A stretch of DNA of 64,000 nucleotides from Octopus bimaculoides (lineage: Eukaryota). Under the pieces are notes generated by a model. The model was not told the origin of the DNA and did not search any database. It saw only the letters and a program-made list of their open reading frames with translations. Where the stretch lies: positions 79,501,923 through 79,565,922 of the forward strand of contig NC_068981.1 in the NCBI RefSeq assembly GCF_001194135.2. Reading direction: 5' to 3'. The position numbers and the translations under genes are program-made. Below are positions 63,303 through 64,000 of the stretch, piece after piece; positions within the stretch are counted from its first letter, which is position 1; each line of letters opens with the position of its first letter.

Positions 63303-64000
63303 CTAGCAGCTAAGCTCGGTTTCACCCGGTCAGAGAACGACGCGAAGAGAGAAACGAAGACAAAAAAGAGGAAGAAGTGGATACGAAGTGGTGTTTGGGC
63401 GACGAATCTTGGTAGAAAAAAAAAGAATGTCATGGTGAGTTAGTAAGGAGAGCAAAGCAATACTGGACTTACGTCGGCTGGCAGGACGATGAAAAAATTG
63501 CGGAGTTGAAATTGGAGCAGTTGAAGTTGCCATTGTTATCACTGGAGTGCCTCTTGGTAGACAACATTCTTCGTCCTTCCTTCGGGTGCACAAATAGAAA
63601 GACCATGGTGACAGCCAACGTACAGTTGCGCGTGTGAGAATACTTGCTCTGTCAGATTCCAACCAACTGCTTGCACTGATTGTCCCTGCGCCTGGTTGAT
63701 TGTCATGGGAAAGCAGAGTTTGACGGGAAATTGCATCTGTTTAAACTTGTAGGTCGTATCGGAGTGGGTAAGGGACATGGGAGTTATAAGTATGTCTTAG
63801 CCAGCGGCCGGTTCATTCAAGATTGTTGCCTACAGAACTCGGGAGCACAATTTTTTGATAATCATCCGCGTACCATTGCACATTATTGGAACATCTAAAT
63901 TCCTTAGCAGCATGATTGGCGTGCCAACTTTCAGATGCAGTTCGTGAGCTGGTAGTTCTGCGGGTCCCCCCTTTGTCAGATTTGTCATGGGCCGGCCGGT
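63303..64000 (-). mobile_element. Helitron 3' portion with PIF1-type helicase remnant
   Basis: Minus translation LPAHELHLKVGTPIMLLRNLD..MCNGTR...QFPVKLCFPMTINQAQGQSV...VFSHAQLYVG...TKNVVYQEALQ* has in-frame stops. The 3' end has an imperfect hairpin (CCGGGTGAAACCGAG) followed by CTAG|T at 63306-63302. Confidence 0.92.

Overview
AT-rich, repeat-dense eukaryotic scaffold DNA with many N gaps. The largest gaps are 12645-13141, 17791-18078, 19280-20080, 21277-21417, 22834-23055, 54803-55523 and 57863-58677. The SINE families and microsatellite load look like a coleoid cephalopod (Octopus-type) genome; this is inferred from recalled repeat families, not from a search. One host coding exon is recognisable: exon 1 of an arginase on the minus strand (16771-17001), with a long acid-free mitochondrial-type presequence and ending ...KIGVIGVPLNKGQ|gtaag. 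No later arginase exon was found, so intron 1 probably runs off the left edge. Repeats left of about 12.6 kb show heavy CpG decay, consistent with a methylated gene body. The rest is a mosaic of decayed mobile elements: mariner, Tigger/pogo, Chapaev3-like, Helitron and Helentron/HINE-like elements, CR1, RTE and L1/Tx1 LINE ends, four tRNA-derived SINE families, and MITEs. Most notable are a complete type I hammerhead ribozyme fold (21584-21658, minus), a MITE family with 8-bp TSDs carrying a (CCCTAA)n(TTAGGG)n palindrome, and a LINE-plus-passenger insertion bounded by a 15-bp duplication. No rRNA, true tRNA gene or CRISPR array is supported. Repeat boundaries are approximate unless TIR/TSD positions are quoted.
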